This document shows, piece after piece, positions 34,972-44,644 of a stretch of DNA of 46,217 nt; position 1 is the first letter of the stretch, and every line of letters begins with the position of its first letter. A program made the translations under genes and the position numbers. The DNA is taken from the IMG/VR virus record IMGVR_UViG_3300025018_000217, positions 1-46,217 of that record. One strand, written 5' to 3'. Source of the stretch: a virus. Taxonomy: Duplodnaviria; Caudoviricetes. The notes under the pieces were generated by a model, which saw only the letters and a program-made list of their open reading frames with translations, ran no database searches and had not been told where the DNA came from.

Positions 34972-36688
34972 ATTTAAAGACCATAATGATAGTATTGTTG
35001 AAATACTGACCAATAATCCCGACCTAATAAAAAATCAGGAATGGCGGTTATCTAATTTATATTGGATAATTACTAAGAGAGGAGATAAACAGGTATTTAC
35101 AATGAATCGGGCCCAGAAGCATTTTTTTGATAATTATTTGAATGTAGCTCATCCATATCATCGACATTGTATTTTAAAAAGTAGACAGTTAGGATTCACA
35201 ACTTTTATTGATTTATTTGTTTTGGATTCTATTCTTTTTAATAATAATAAGGAAGGTTTAATTATTGCTCATAAAGTGGAGGATGCGACCCAGATTTTTG
35301 ACAAGAAGATTGATTTTGCAATTCGAAATATGGCGGAGGATGTAAAGGGGGCTTTCTTTAAAATTAATCATAATTCATCTCGGAAAATTCAAGCGACAAT
35401 TGAATATGGACCGGAAACAGGTTCCACTTCAAGTATTGCTGTGGCAGTTTCTGGACGTTCAGGAACTTATCACTTCGTTCATATATCAGAGTTCGCTAAG
35501 ATGTGTGTGATGTTTCCTAAGCGGGCAGAGGAGGTGGAGTCGGGAACGTTTCCGGCGGTGCCTTTTGATGGGTTTATTTTTATTGAAAGTACGGCAGAGG
35601 GTATGGCTGGTAGGTTTTACGAAATTTTTAATGAGAACTGGTTATCGAGAGAAAAGATTACTCCGTTACTATCACAGGTGCAGTTCTTACCACACTTTTA
35701 CAACTGGCAATATGATGATATGGAAATGAGTCAGATTTACGAGAATACTCCGGTGACTAAAATGGAGACCTGTGAGATTGATTGGGCGGAGTATCAGAAG
35801 GAACATAACCTAACGGATAAGGAGATAACATACTATTATATGAAGTGGTTGCAGTTCGGAGGAAAAAACTCTCCGGATGCGATTAAGAAGTTGATGCAGG
35901 AATTCCCGACTACTCACGAGGAGGCGTTTTTATCTACGGGTCAGACTTATTTCTCTACAGCGAAGGTGGCGAGATTGTTGAATGAAGCAGTTCCGGGAAC
36001 AAAAGGAGAATTGGGAAATAATGAGAAGGGAGAGGTAATTTTTAACGAGCACTCCGCTGGGAGTATGGAGATGTTCCACAAACCGGAGCCGGGGCATAAA
36101 TATATTATTGGAGGAGATACAGCGGAGGGACTCGCTTCTGGAGATGCACAGGTATTATATGTGATTGACCATCAGACGGAGGATTGTGCTGCGGTCTACC
36201 GGTCGCAAGTCGCTCCGGATGAATTGGCGGGAGAGGCGTACAAGCTCGGTAAGTTCTACAACTGGGCTCTCTTGGCGATTGAGGTGAATAAGGACGGGCT
36301 CTGGGTCAACGATGCATTAGAGAAATTGGGTTACCTTAATTTATATTATAGGAAGGTCTTCGATGATATTACCCAGAAGGTGACGAAGTTCTTCGGTTGG
36401 AAGACTACATCGGCGACTAGACCTTTTTCGCTGGCCGCTCTCAAAGCAGTATTTTTTCGAAAAGAAAGCGGGTTCCCGGCGGTTCTTTTGAATGAGATGC
36501 TTACTTTTATTCGAAATCAGAAGGGACGACCGGAAGCTATGGACAAAAAGCACGATGACGTAATTATGGCATCGGCGATAGGATACGCAGTCTTACAGGA
36601 ACAGGGAAAATATATTGATGATACTAAACCCGGCGAGGGGGCAAGTATAATGTCCTTAATGTTTAACGAATCTAATGGGATGAACTAG
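34961..36688 (+). CDS. terL: Terminase large subunit
   Basis: ILKSRQLGFTT, VHISEFA, IESTAEG, GGDTAEG, IEVNKDG, HDDVIMA. Confidence 0.95.
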   Translation: MANKFKDHNDSIVEILTNNPDLIKNQEWRLSNLYWIITKRGDKQVFTMNRAQKHFFDNYLNVAHPYHRHCILKSRQLGFTTFIDLFVLDSILFNNNKEGLIIAHKVEDATQIFDKKIDFAIRNMAEDVKGAFFKINHNSSRKIQATIEYGPETGSTSSIAVAVSGRSGTYHFVHISEFAKMCVMFPKRAEEVESGTFPAVPFDGFIFIESTAEGMAGRFYEIFNENWLSREKITPLLSQVQFLPHFYNWQYDDMEMSQIYENTPVTKMETCEIDWAEYQKEHNLTDKEITYYYMKWLQFGGKNSPDAIKKLMQEFPTTHEEAFLSTGQTYFSTAKVARLLNEAVPGTKGELGNNEKGEVIFNEHSAGSMEMFHKPEPGHKYIIGGDTAEGLASGDAQVLYVIDHQTEDCAAVYRSQVAPDELAGEAYKLGKFYNWALLAIEVNKDGLWVNDALEKLGYLNLYYRKVFDDITQKVTKFFGWKTTSATRPFSLAALKAVFFRKESGFPAVLLNEMLTFIRNQKGRPEAMDKKHDDVIMASAIGYAVLQEQGKYIDDTKPGEGASIMSLMFNESNGMN

Positions 36689-36709
36689 GATTAAATCATT
36701 TCAAGTTAC

Positions 36710-36738
36710 TTGCATACTTGAATTTTAAGTTTTATACT
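36710..36738 (+). promoter_or_regulatory. Putative promoter of the portal gene
   Basis: TTGCAT-17-TATACT. Confidence 0.6.
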
Positions 36739-36765
36739 TATAGAAATATTCTCTAATTTTAAAAT

Positions 36766-38889
36766 ATGGCAAAACAAACATCAGAAAAAGACTCAATAAC
36801 TTTCATCGACAACAAGAAGAAAGAAATGAAGGAGTCCCAGTATCGAAAGAAATTCGATACTCTGGCTAATGAAATTGACGGTAATTTAATGAACACAGCT
36901 GTTTCTTATGGACAAAAATTATATGAAAAGTCCGGTTGGGGTTCGATGGTGTTCTATAATAAGATGGCAAATGGGTCATACGATATAAATGTCTATCCCC
37001 AGAAGCTTAGTGACCGGGACCAGAATCGTTCCGGCGTTCCTGTTTCACAAGAGCCGTTGGCTTTCTCTAAAATTATGATTGCTACTTCCGTCCTTGCTGG
37101 GAAATTACCTGATTCAAAAGTCATTGCTGATGATAAAATTTATGCCAAAGCTTCTTATGAATTGTGGAAGCGAAGTTGGTCAATGACTGGAGGTAATGGA
37201 GCAAACACTCTGATGCTCACCTACCAGAATCTATTTACTTATGGTTGGGCGGCGTGGAGAGTCTATCCTAGACGAGTGCAGGTTCCACGAAAAGGTACAG
37301 TTAAAATTTTATTTGATGATATTTACCGAGAATCTTTAGACTGTCATAGAACATGGCTTGGAGTTGGATTTAATCATGGAGACTATTGGTCATGGGGTGA
37401 AGTTTATTACGAGCGGGATATGCCAAAAGAAGATTTTTATGCGATGTATCCGGATGCTAAAAAGAATAAAAAGAAACTTCAATACTGTTCCGTGTCGGAA
37501 GAGGCTAAGGATGAAAATCCGGACAAAGTTCAAACTCATGTCACCATTGGATACTACGAAAATGAATTACTGAATCGGTACATTGTTGTCTGTGGGAAGA
37601 TGGTAATTTACGATGGTGAATTACCTAATGACGGCTCTCACGGTTCGGTCGTGACGGCTCGTTGTTTTGTTCGTGATATGAATGACCCGCACGGGGTTGG
37701 TCTTTACGAAATGATGCGAGGTAATACGGCTATCTATACATATATCAATTCCCTAAACGCTCAACAGGTCGAAGCGGAAATTTTCCCTCTTCTGTTTGGA
37801 GCTCAAGTTCAGAATGGGACAGCTACTTATAAGCGTGGTCCAAATATCGTCAATCCAAAACATCCCGGTTCGGATATTGATGTGGTGAAGACCTCCGGAA
37901 ATGTTCAACAGGGAATCGTCTTTGCTGACAAACAGAAGCAAGCCATCGAAGAGAATACTGGTGTGAACAATATCGTAGCGGGAACACAATCCGAAACGAC
38001 CTTGGGTTCAACAGTGATTCTGAAAGAGGCCGCTTATAACCGTTTGACTCCACCAAAAAACTCAATGGTGACTGGGTTGGAAAAAGATGCTCACATTGCA
38101 AACACTTGGATGCTTCAGATTTATCCTGTGGATAAGATTTTTATGATTGATTCTGAAGACCAGCTTGCTGAATTCGTGAAGCAGAATCCTGATTACTTTG
38201 TGGAAGCGGAAACTGTTATTAATGATGAGGGTTTAGCGACCGGATTGATTGCTGCCGCTTCTCCAAATCTACGACTTAATTTTGATTTCACTCAAGAGGG
38301 AGAGATGATGGAAAATGTTCCAACTCGTCAGATTTCTTCTCGTAAGTTGTTTGAAGAATTGAAAAATACCGGACACATGTCCGATTATATTGAATTCATT
38401 ATTGACCCGGATTCAATGCTTTTGCCATCTCTGGAAATTCAGAAACAGACTTTTATGGCTTTGTTCCCCGTCATTACGAATCAAATTACCTTGATATTCT
38501 CGCTTCGCAATCAAGACCCAGAGGCCGCTGCCTCTCAATTGATGGCTTTGGAGCAGTTGTTGGATATTCAGAATCAAGACATTTTTGACTACATAAACAA
38601 AGCTGATTATGATTCTATTCTTAACAAACAACCATCTGATATGCAAAAGCAGATGCAGGATGAGGAGATGCAAAGAAAGGCTAAAGAAGCAGCTATGCTC
38701 AATATGGCAGGTGGTGATGCGGGAGCAGGAGAATCTTTGCCGATGGGTCAAGAGATGGCCGGAGATGGAATGAATCCAACCCAACCACAAAATCCAAACG
38801 AAGTGGCACGACCACAAGCTCCGATGGGGGCGGCGATAGATGCTTCAATGGGACGAGTAGCTAATTCTACTGGATTTTTTCCGGGATAA
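36766..38889 (+). CDS. Portal protein (podovirus-type, large)
   Basis: 707 aa directly after terL; HGVGLYE, IEENTGVNNIVAG, TLGS; Gln/Met/Pro-rich tail. Confidence 0.85.
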   Translation: MAKQTSEKDSITFIDNKKKEMKESQYRKKFDTLANEIDGNLMNTAVSYGQKLYEKSGWGSMVFYNKMANGSYDINVYPQKLSDRDQNRSGVPVSQEPLAFSKIMIATSVLAGKLPDSKVIADDKIYAKASYELWKRSWSMTGGNGANTLMLTYQNLFTYGWAAWRVYPRRVQVPRKGTVKILFDDIYRESLDCHRTWLGVGFNHGDYWSWGEVYYERDMPKEDFYAMYPDAKKNKKKLQYCSVSEEAKDENPDKVQTHVTIGYYENELLNRYIVVCGKMVIYDGELPNDGSHGSVVTARCFVRDMNDPHGVGLYEMMRGNTAIYTYINSLNAQQVEAEIFPLLFGAQVQNGTATYKRGPNIVNPKHPGSDIDVVKTSGNVQQGIVFADKQKQAIEENTGVNNIVAGTQSETTLGSTVILKEAAYNRLTPPKNSMVTGLEKDAHIANTWMLQIYPVDKIFMIDSEDQLAEFVKQNPDYFVEAETVINDEGLATGLIAAASPNLRLNFDFTQEGEMMENVPTRQISSRKLFEELKNTGHMSDYIEFIIDPDSMLLPSLEIQKQTFMALFPVITNQITLIFSLRNQDPEAAASQLMALEQLLDIQNQDIFDYINKADYDSILNKQPSDMQKQMQDEEMQRKAKEAAMLNMAGGDAGAGESLPMGQEMAGDGMNPTQPQNPNEVARPQAPMGAAIDASMGRVANSTGFFPG

Positions 38890-38892
38890 AAA

Positions 38893-39459
38893 ATGGCAAT
38901 AAAAGATATTTACAATTCAGTCAGCAAAGGAGTTGGTAAAATGACCGGGCCAATTTCAGATATATTCCAACCTAAAGAATATTTCTATCAAGCAAAACAG
39001 CCGACATTTACTCCAGTAGTTTCTCCTAATAAATATACCTTAAAAGACCGAGGTGTTGATTTTACAGACGAGGATTTTAAAGCAATGCGTCCTCTTATTT
39101 ATGGTGAAATTAGTAATCGTAATAGAGAGAAAAAAGAACTGGAAGCAAATGTTATTTTAAATACAATTATTAATAGAGCTCGAGCTTACAAAGAGCGTGG
39201 GATGAATAAAAGTCTGGCGGAAATTGTCGCAATGCCGAATCAATATCAGGCGTATGGAGGCAAACAATATCAGGCGTACTATAACCCTCCAGACCAAGTG
39301 TCTCTAGCGAAGAAAAAGGAGGTTGATGCGATTCTTGATGCGATTGAACAGCAGATTCGGTCCGGACAGTATGCTGATAATACCGAGGGAGCCTCTTACT
39401 ATATTCATAATCCAGACCAAAGTATTACTTACGATAATAAGCGAAAACTATTTAAATAA
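38893..39459 (+). CDS. SleB/Hydrolase_2-like cell-wall hydrolase
   Basis: LIYGE, VILNTIINRA, SLAEIVAMPNQYQ, DNTEGASYY. Confidence 0.7.
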   Translation: MAIKDIYNSVSKGVGKMTGPISDIFQPKEYFYQAKQPTFTPVVSPNKYTLKDRGVDFTDEDFKAMRPLIYGEISNRNREKKELEANVILNTIINRARAYKERGMNKSLAEIVAMPNQYQAYGGKQYQAYYNPPDQVSLAKKKEVDAILDAIEQQIRSGQYADNTEGASYYIHNPDQSITYDNKRKLFK

Positions 39460-39460
39460 A

Positions 39461-39712
39461 ATGGACGAACAAGAAATTCCAGTTGAACAAAGTTTAGACC
39501 AACGAAAGATAAAGTTGGCCCAGAGTGAACACGCTCCGGTTATTATTGAATTGATGAAAGATATTACAGCAAAAACTCCGATTGTGGCTGAAACGGAATG
39601 GAAGACAATTGTCAATGCTATTACCCTCGAAGTACAAGGTACAATGTTACGAAAAATGGTCGATTATCTTGAGGATATTAGAAAAGGAGGGTTATTTGAA
39701 CCAAAAGAATGA
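39461..39712 (+). CDS. Hypothetical protein of the head module
   Basis: ATG at 39461 directly after the upstream stop. Confidence 0.7.
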   Translation: MDEQEIPVEQSLDQRKIKLAQSEHAPVIIELMKDITAKTPIVAETEWKTIVNAITLEVQGTMLRKMVDYLEDIRKGGLFEPKE

Positions 39713-40179
39713 CCGCAGTTGAATTAAAACAGAAGGACTACACAATACAGGTGAAATATTCACCGGAGGCGGAAGAAAAAAAATTGATGAAATTTATCAG
39801 CAAGTCCGGTGATGAATTTGAAATATCAGCGGAGGAGATGATTAGTTTCTTGGTTGAACAAGTCAACACAGATACTCTTTCCCCAACCTTTGTCGAGATG
39901 ACGAAAGTCAATGTGGTCGAGGTTGGCCGACAGTTGAAGTGTGTGTTAGATAGAGATTTTAAGAAGGGTGAAGAAATAAATATCAATTACACCCATCCTT
40001 ATCCTTTAGAATTCGCTCTGATTGAAGAGGGGTACAAAATTGCAAAAATTGATATGACTGTTCCGAGGACGGAGATTACGAAGGAATATCTTGATGAGGT
40101 TAAGAAAAAAATAACCCCCAAGATGGAGGAATATATGAAGAAATTTTATAAGTCGTTTAAGCAATTAGACATTAAATAA
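39709..40179 (+). CDS. Hypothetical protein
   Basis: 156-aa ORF; ATGA overlap with the upstream gene. Confidence 0.7.
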   Translation: MTAVELKQKDYTIQVKYSPEAEEKKLMKFISKSGDEFEISAEEMISFLVEQVNTDTLSPTFVEMTKVNVVEVGRQLKCVLDRDFKKGEEININYTHPYPLEFALIEEGYKIAKIDMTVPRTEITKEYLDEVKKKITPKMEEYMKKFYKSFKQLDIK

Positions 40180-40220
40180 ACCATCGCTACCACCCACGAT
40201 ACGGGTAGGAAAAAATATGG
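40178..40220 (+). repeat. 43-nt leader repeat, copy 1
   Basis: AAACCATCGCTACCACCCACGATACGGGTAGGAAAAAATATGG, identical to 40770-40812. Confidence 0.95.
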
Positions 40221-40726
40221 CAAAAGTAAAAAACACAAAAAAAGACAACAAAACCACTACCAATAAACCACCAGTCGCTCCGGAGATTGTGAATAATCCT
40301 ATTACCGGATTGCCACCTGTGAACAATACTCCAGTAGCTCCAGAAAAACCGGTAAAGAAAATTATTCTGAAAAACACCCGAGGAGAAGAAGTTGAAGAAG
40401 TTGATTATTTCTTTGGTGGAAAAGCTCCATCTTCATTTGAGGGGTCGTGCGGAACTGCTGTTGACCGTGAAGATTTATTGGAAGTTTTCAATAAAGTCTT
40501 TAAACCAGAGGACAATATTTTGTTCTACAAGACGAGGGATAAGGAAGTTTATATTATTATTGTTCCAATAAAGTATTCGTCTACTGTTGGTGAGCATAAT
40601 AATTCAATGGAAGGGGATTTCCAGAAACATGCTATTTCATTTTTGACCGAAGGTTCTGTAAATATAGATACTCTAAAATTGAAGTTGAAGAGAATAGTGC
40701 CTTTTGTTAAGTTTTCCGACTACTAG
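40217..40726 (+). CDS. Hypothetical protein with Pro/Lys-rich N-terminus
   Basis: 169-aa ORF. Confidence 0.7.
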   Translation: MAKVKNTKKDNKTTTNKPPVAPEIVNNPITGLPPVNNTPVAPEKPVKKIILKNTRGEEVEEVDYFFGGKAPSSFEGSCGTAVDREDLLEVFNKVFKPEDNILFYKTRDKEVYIIIVPIKYSSTVGEHNNSMEGDFQKHAISFLTEGSVNIDTLKLKLKRIVPFVKFSDY

Positions 40727-40729
40727 ACA

Positions 40730-40758
40730 TTGTAGTTTTAAAAAGACTATTATATAAT
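40730..40758 (+). promoter_or_regulatory. Putative promoter of the scaffold/capsid genes
   Basis: TTGTAG-17-TATAAT. Confidence 0.6.
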
Positions 40759-40769
40759 TAAAAGTAATA

Positions 40770-40812
40770 AAACCATCGCTACCACCCACGATACGGGTAG
40801 GAAAAAATATGG
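40770..40812 (+). repeat. 43-nt leader repeat, copy 2
   Basis: Identical to 40178-40220; includes the start codon. Confidence 0.95.
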
Positions 40813-41741
40813 AAATTAAAAACGAAGAAGTTGTAGAGACACCAGTAGATGATGAATCGGAACTTGATAAAAGTTTAGAAGAATCAATCGCTGCGGTCAA
40901 AGCTGGAAATGCGTTGGAGACTCCTAAGAAAGTGGAAGAACCAACCAAACCTGAAGAGAATAAGGAGGTAACTCCAGAAGCTCCAAAGGAGGAGGAACCA
41001 GCCAAACCTCCAGTTGAAGAAGCGAAGAAGGAAGATGGTGAGTATGAGTTCCGAGTACCGAATAAAGGAAAATTCGAATCTGATGAATCTTTTGAGAAAC
41101 GAATTGCTCTCCTTGATTTAGTTAAAAGACGAAAACTTGCCGTTACTGATGAGCAGAAACAACAATTGTCGGAGGAAATTAAGAAGGCTAAAGGCCAATT
41201 GAAAAATCTTAACGGAACCGACAAAATTACTAACCCGCTAAATAATGGCGGAGTAGAGACTAAGAAAGATGGAGAAGTTGTTGAAGATGAAGCTTTGAAA
41301 GCTGATAGAGAACGCTTGAAAGAACTAGGTGGAGCGACTAAAGAGGATATCCAAGCGGTTATCCAACAGGAACGCTTAGCTGGTGAAGTCAAGAGCACCC
41401 TTGAAAAATTTGTTGAAAGGCACTCTGAACTTAAAGATGATGATACGAGAGAAGTATTCTTTGATTTCGTTGACGAAAACTACAATTGGCAAAACAAAAG
41501 TGGTAAAGAGTTGATGACAGTCTTAGAACTCGCTCGGGAAAACATGTTTAAGCCGTCAGAATCCATTCAAGAAAGAGTTTTAAAAGGTGCAAATGTTCAG
41601 GAAAAAGTCAATGCTATGCAATTCCCGGGTGGGACAGTAGCAAAGACAGACTATTCTCCGGAAGTACGTAAATCCATTGATGAAATGGTCGCAACCGGAA
41701 TATCAGAAGCAAAAGCAGTAGAACTTCTCTCGGACGACTAA
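40809..41741 (+). CDS. Capsid scaffolding protein (putative)
   Basis: E/K/P-rich disordered N-terminus, coiled coil, position upstream of the capsid genes. Confidence 0.7.
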   Translation: MEIKNEEVVETPVDDESELDKSLEESIAAVKAGNALETPKKVEEPTKPEENKEVTPEAPKEEEPAKPPVEEAKKEDGEYEFRVPNKGKFESDESFEKRIALLDLVKRRKLAVTDEQKQQLSEEIKKAKGQLKNLNGTDKITNPLNNGGVETKKDGEVVEDEALKADRERLKELGGATKEDIQAVIQQERLAGEVKSTLEKFVERHSELKDDDTREVFFDFVDENYNWQNKSGKELMTVLELARENMFKPSESIQERVLKGANVQEKVNAMQFPGGTVAKTDYSPEVRKSIDEMVATGISEAKAVELLSDD

Positions 41742-41767
41742 GTAGCTACTATAATCCAAATAAAAAA

Positions 41768-42181
41768 ATGACTGGATTCATTCAGGCTATAATCAAAAAT
41801 CCAACCCGTTCTCTTCGGATGGTAAATAAAGCGTCTGGTACTGTTACCACGCAGAATTACCTTCTAGTAGAGACTGCCGGGTTGGCTGTTGACGCTGCGG
41901 CTGGTGCAACTCCTTCGACTATCGTTGGTGTTTGTAATCAGACTATCGCAGCTGCCGAGGCTCTCACTCAAGTCCCGGTAATTGAGATTTTTAAGGGTGA
42001 TGTCTTTTTAGTAGATTCTACGAACGATTCTGATGTCTTAGACAATGGTCAGTTGATGGTCGTAGGTGCAAACGCATACACAATTAATAACACAGGGACT
42101 ACGGACCCAGCTGGTGTTGTTAAGCAGGTCGGTGTATTCGGAGCGACAGGCGACAGGAAGATTCTTGTCGAATTTGTTTAA
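41768..42181 (+). CDS. Capsid decoration/cement protein (putative)
   Basis: 137 aa, Ala/Thr/Val/Gly-rich, IVGVC motif, directly before the major capsid gene. Confidence 0.55.
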   Translation: MTGFIQAIIKNPTRSLRMVNKASGTVTTQNYLLVETAGLAVDAAAGATPSTIVGVCNQTIAAAEALTQVPVIEIFKGDVFLVDSTNDSDVLDNGQLMVVGANAYTINNTGTTDPAGVVKQVGVFGATGDRKILVEFV

Positions 42182-42200
42182 TAGTTAATAATAGAAAATT

Positions 42201-43238
42201 ATGGTAGGAACAATAAATGATTACGCTGTTATCGTAAACAATGTCCTCAAACATGTCGCTCCAAAGGTATCTCCGAATGTAAAACCGGAATATCTTGACT
42301 TCATGTACAAAGTTGATAATAACGAGCGTATTTATACTGATGTGGGTGTAACTGGTTTGGGTATGGGAGAGATTATTCCCGATGGTGGAATTGGTGCTTC
42401 CGATGCCCCTATTCAGGGATATTCGAAGAACTACACCCAAATGCACTTCACAAAGAAAGTTCGTTTGACTTTTCAGACAAACTTCTTTTTGTTCGAAAGT
42501 CCAGCCGCCAAAATCAAGTCTTCGGTTAAATCCAAAGTTCTTGATGGAAAAAATGCCATTGAACATGCCAAGAACTACTTTGCTCAATCTCTCTTGGCTC
42601 AAGGTTTCAATACCTCGTTCACATGGACTCCTATTAACAATGTAGGAGTTTCTACACCGGTCTCTACGATTGGTGCGGATGCTGTTGAATATTGGTCTCA
42701 AGTTCACCCTCGTGAAGATGGTGGTGCTGCTTGGTCTAATGTTATTGTTGACGGTGCAACGAATTCTCCGCAGTTTACTTATTCTTCTCTATTGGCCGCT
42801 CGTAGACTTCACTCGTTGAAGAAAGATGGCCGTGGAAATCCTTTGATTTCGCAACTTGATACTTTAGTGGTACGAGCCGGTTCTACATCAGCTCAATTCG
42901 CTAAGACCATTAAGGCTACGATTGATAAAGGTCTCGCTCCTCAACAGACGAATGTGTTCAATAACGCTCCTGCGACTGACACTTTCAAGATTGTTGAGTT
43001 GTCTCCATACGAGAATCTCGCTATGGATGGTTTGATGTGGGGTATGTTTGATTCCAATATGATGAATGAAGATTATGGATTCAAATATATTGAAGCTCTT
43101 CCAACTCGAGCTGAACCAGCCGTAGTTGATGCTCTAGGCAACCAAGACTTAGTGATGAACTTTAACTCCCTTGCTGTTATGGGTGCTTCCGACCTTCGTG
43201 GTTGGATGTGGTCCGATGGTGACGGGGCAACGGTTTAA
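42201..43238 (+). CDS. Major capsid protein
   Basis: 345 aa; GVTGLG..E..P.GG, GADAVEYWSQVHP, KDGRGNPL..LDTLVV, DLRGW (Mu gpT-like HK97-fold pattern). Confidence 0.85.
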   Translation: MVGTINDYAVIVNNVLKHVAPKVSPNVKPEYLDFMYKVDNNERIYTDVGVTGLGMGEIIPDGGIGASDAPIQGYSKNYTQMHFTKKVRLTFQTNFFLFESPAAKIKSSVKSKVLDGKNAIEHAKNYFAQSLLAQGFNTSFTWTPINNVGVSTPVSTIGADAVEYWSQVHPREDGGAAWSNVIVDGATNSPQFTYSSLLAARRLHSLKKDGRGNPLISQLDTLVVRAGSTSAQFAKTIKATIDKGLAPQQTNVFNNAPATDTFKIVELSPYENLAMDGLMWGMFDSNMMNEDYGFKYIEALPTRAEPAVVDALGNQDLVMNFNSLAVMGASDLRGWMWSDGDGATV

Positions 43239-43243
43239 ACTAG

Positions 43244-43289
43244 CCTACCCAGTGAGTGCCCGCATGACTCGGGCCCTCACATGGGTAGG
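43244..43289 (+). other. GC-rich hairpin after the capsid gene (no U-tract)
   Basis: CCTACCCA/TGGGTAGG, GTGAG/CTCAC, GCCCG/CGGGC. Confidence 0.7.
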
Positions 43290-43318
43290 GTAACTATTAT
43301 AAATTTAACAAAATTAAA

Positions 43319-43645
43319 ATGTTGCAAGATTCTCACACTCGTAAAATTTCAATTCCGGTTACAGCACCGATTGGAGATACCACAGTTATTGCTGCTGTTG
43401 ATGGGGCGTGGATTTATGTTCATGAACTCATCGGGGATTTAGCCAGTGCTGGTAATTTGACCATCAAGGCAGGTTCTCGAACATTAGCCGCTTTTACGCT
43501 TGATTCTGGTCAAGGTATTACCGAACAGGATGAACCGGGAGAAGATAATGCTCCTAGATTTGAGTGCCGACCCGGAGAAGCCTTTATTCTTACTGTCACG
43601 GGTGGAACATTCAACGGAGCTTGTCACTATAGCCTTCGTTATTAA
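43319..43645 (+). CDS. Small beta-rich structural protein (putative)
   Basis: 108-aa ORF after the capsid gene. Confidence 0.65.
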   Translation: MLQDSHTRKISIPVTAPIGDTTVIAAVDGAWIYVHELIGDLASAGNLTIKAGSRTLAAFTLDSGQGITEQDEPGEDNAPRFECRPGEAFILTVTGGTFNGACHYSLRY

Positions 43646-43659
43646 TTTAATTCAATAAT

Positions 43660-44277
43660 ATGAATCCTGAAGAAATTTCACCAGAACAAAAAGAGCAGTT
43701 GAAAACTTGGGCTGGACAGAGAGATGCCCTTCTCTTTGAAATTTCTGGTCTACGGACTGAAGTAGAAGAATGGAAAAAAAAGAATAATGAATTGGCTAAT
43801 TATAATACCAACATTGAGACAAGGATAAATGAATATAACGGTCGGATTGAGGAATTAAAGAGAAAGGAGTATGAATTAGCTTCTTTGACATCTAAAGAAG
43901 TTGCTGAATTAGAATCACGAAAAAATTCTTTAGTGGTAGAGATTTCTGTTTTACAAAAAAATATTACTAATCTTTCTTTTCAAGAAACGGGTCTTCAGAC
44001 GAGTATTTCTTTTTTGATGGAAACCTACAAATCAATAAATGAAAGAGTTGAATTACTACAAAAAGTAGTTGGTCATGTAACAGAAGTTAGTGATAAAAAT
44101 GTAGTTACTATTTCTAATTTAATTTCAGAAGTTCAAACTGGTATGCAGAAACTGATTGATACCAATAAAGATGTTGTAGAGAAGACTAATGTTGTTCTCA
44201 AAGAGCTTCCTAAAATCGTGTTGGAATCTCAAAGAGTAAGTTTAGAAAGACCAATAATTAAGAAACAAAAAATATGA
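43660..44277 (+). CDS. Coiled-coil protein
   Basis: Heptad pattern throughout. Confidence 0.7.
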   Translation: MNPEEISPEQKEQLKTWAGQRDALLFEISGLRTEVEEWKKKNNELANYNTNIETRINEYNGRIEELKRKEYELASLTSKEVAELESRKNSLVVEISVLQKNITNLSFQETGLQTSISFLMETYKSINERVELLQKVVGHVTEVSDKNVVTISNLISEVQTGMQKLIDTNKDVVEKTNVVLKELPKIVLESQRVSLERPIIKKQKI

Positions 44278-44639
44278 GTGATATGGGAACACGAAGTATG
44301 GGGTCTCTGCTTCCAGAAGATATCGAGGCTCGATTAGCTAATGTCCAAGAGACAATTTCTGGCTTAGAAAGACAGATGATTACTCTCCAAAGCGAAGTCA
44401 ACCATAAACAGGAAGAGAGAGATGTGGTTGAAAACAATTTAAAAGTCGCTCTGATTGAATTAGATAAAATTGTAGCTGAAACGAATAGTAAAAAATCTGA
44501 ACTGGCTGACCGTGAAACTAAAATCACTCAAAAAGAATCAGCTTTAAATGTTTATGCCAATGCTCTTGAAGAGAAAGAAAAGAAGATAAATAAATATCTG
44601 GCTATTTTTGAAAACGCAAAAGATATATTAGGTAAATAA
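44274..44639 (+). CDS. Coiled-coil protein
   Basis: Heptad pattern; ATGA overlap with the upstream gene. Confidence 0.7.
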   Translation: MSDMGTRSMGSLLPEDIEARLANVQETISGLERQMITLQSEVNHKQEERDVVENNLKVALIELDKIVAETNSKKSELADRETKITQKESALNVYANALEEKEKKINKYLAIFENAKDILGK

Positions 44640-44644
44640 AATAA

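Noticed and set aside
40165-41398. Minus-strand ORFs sharing FFPTRIVGGSDG
   Set aside because: These are the antisense translation of the duplicated 43-nt leader and overlap genuine plus-strand genes.
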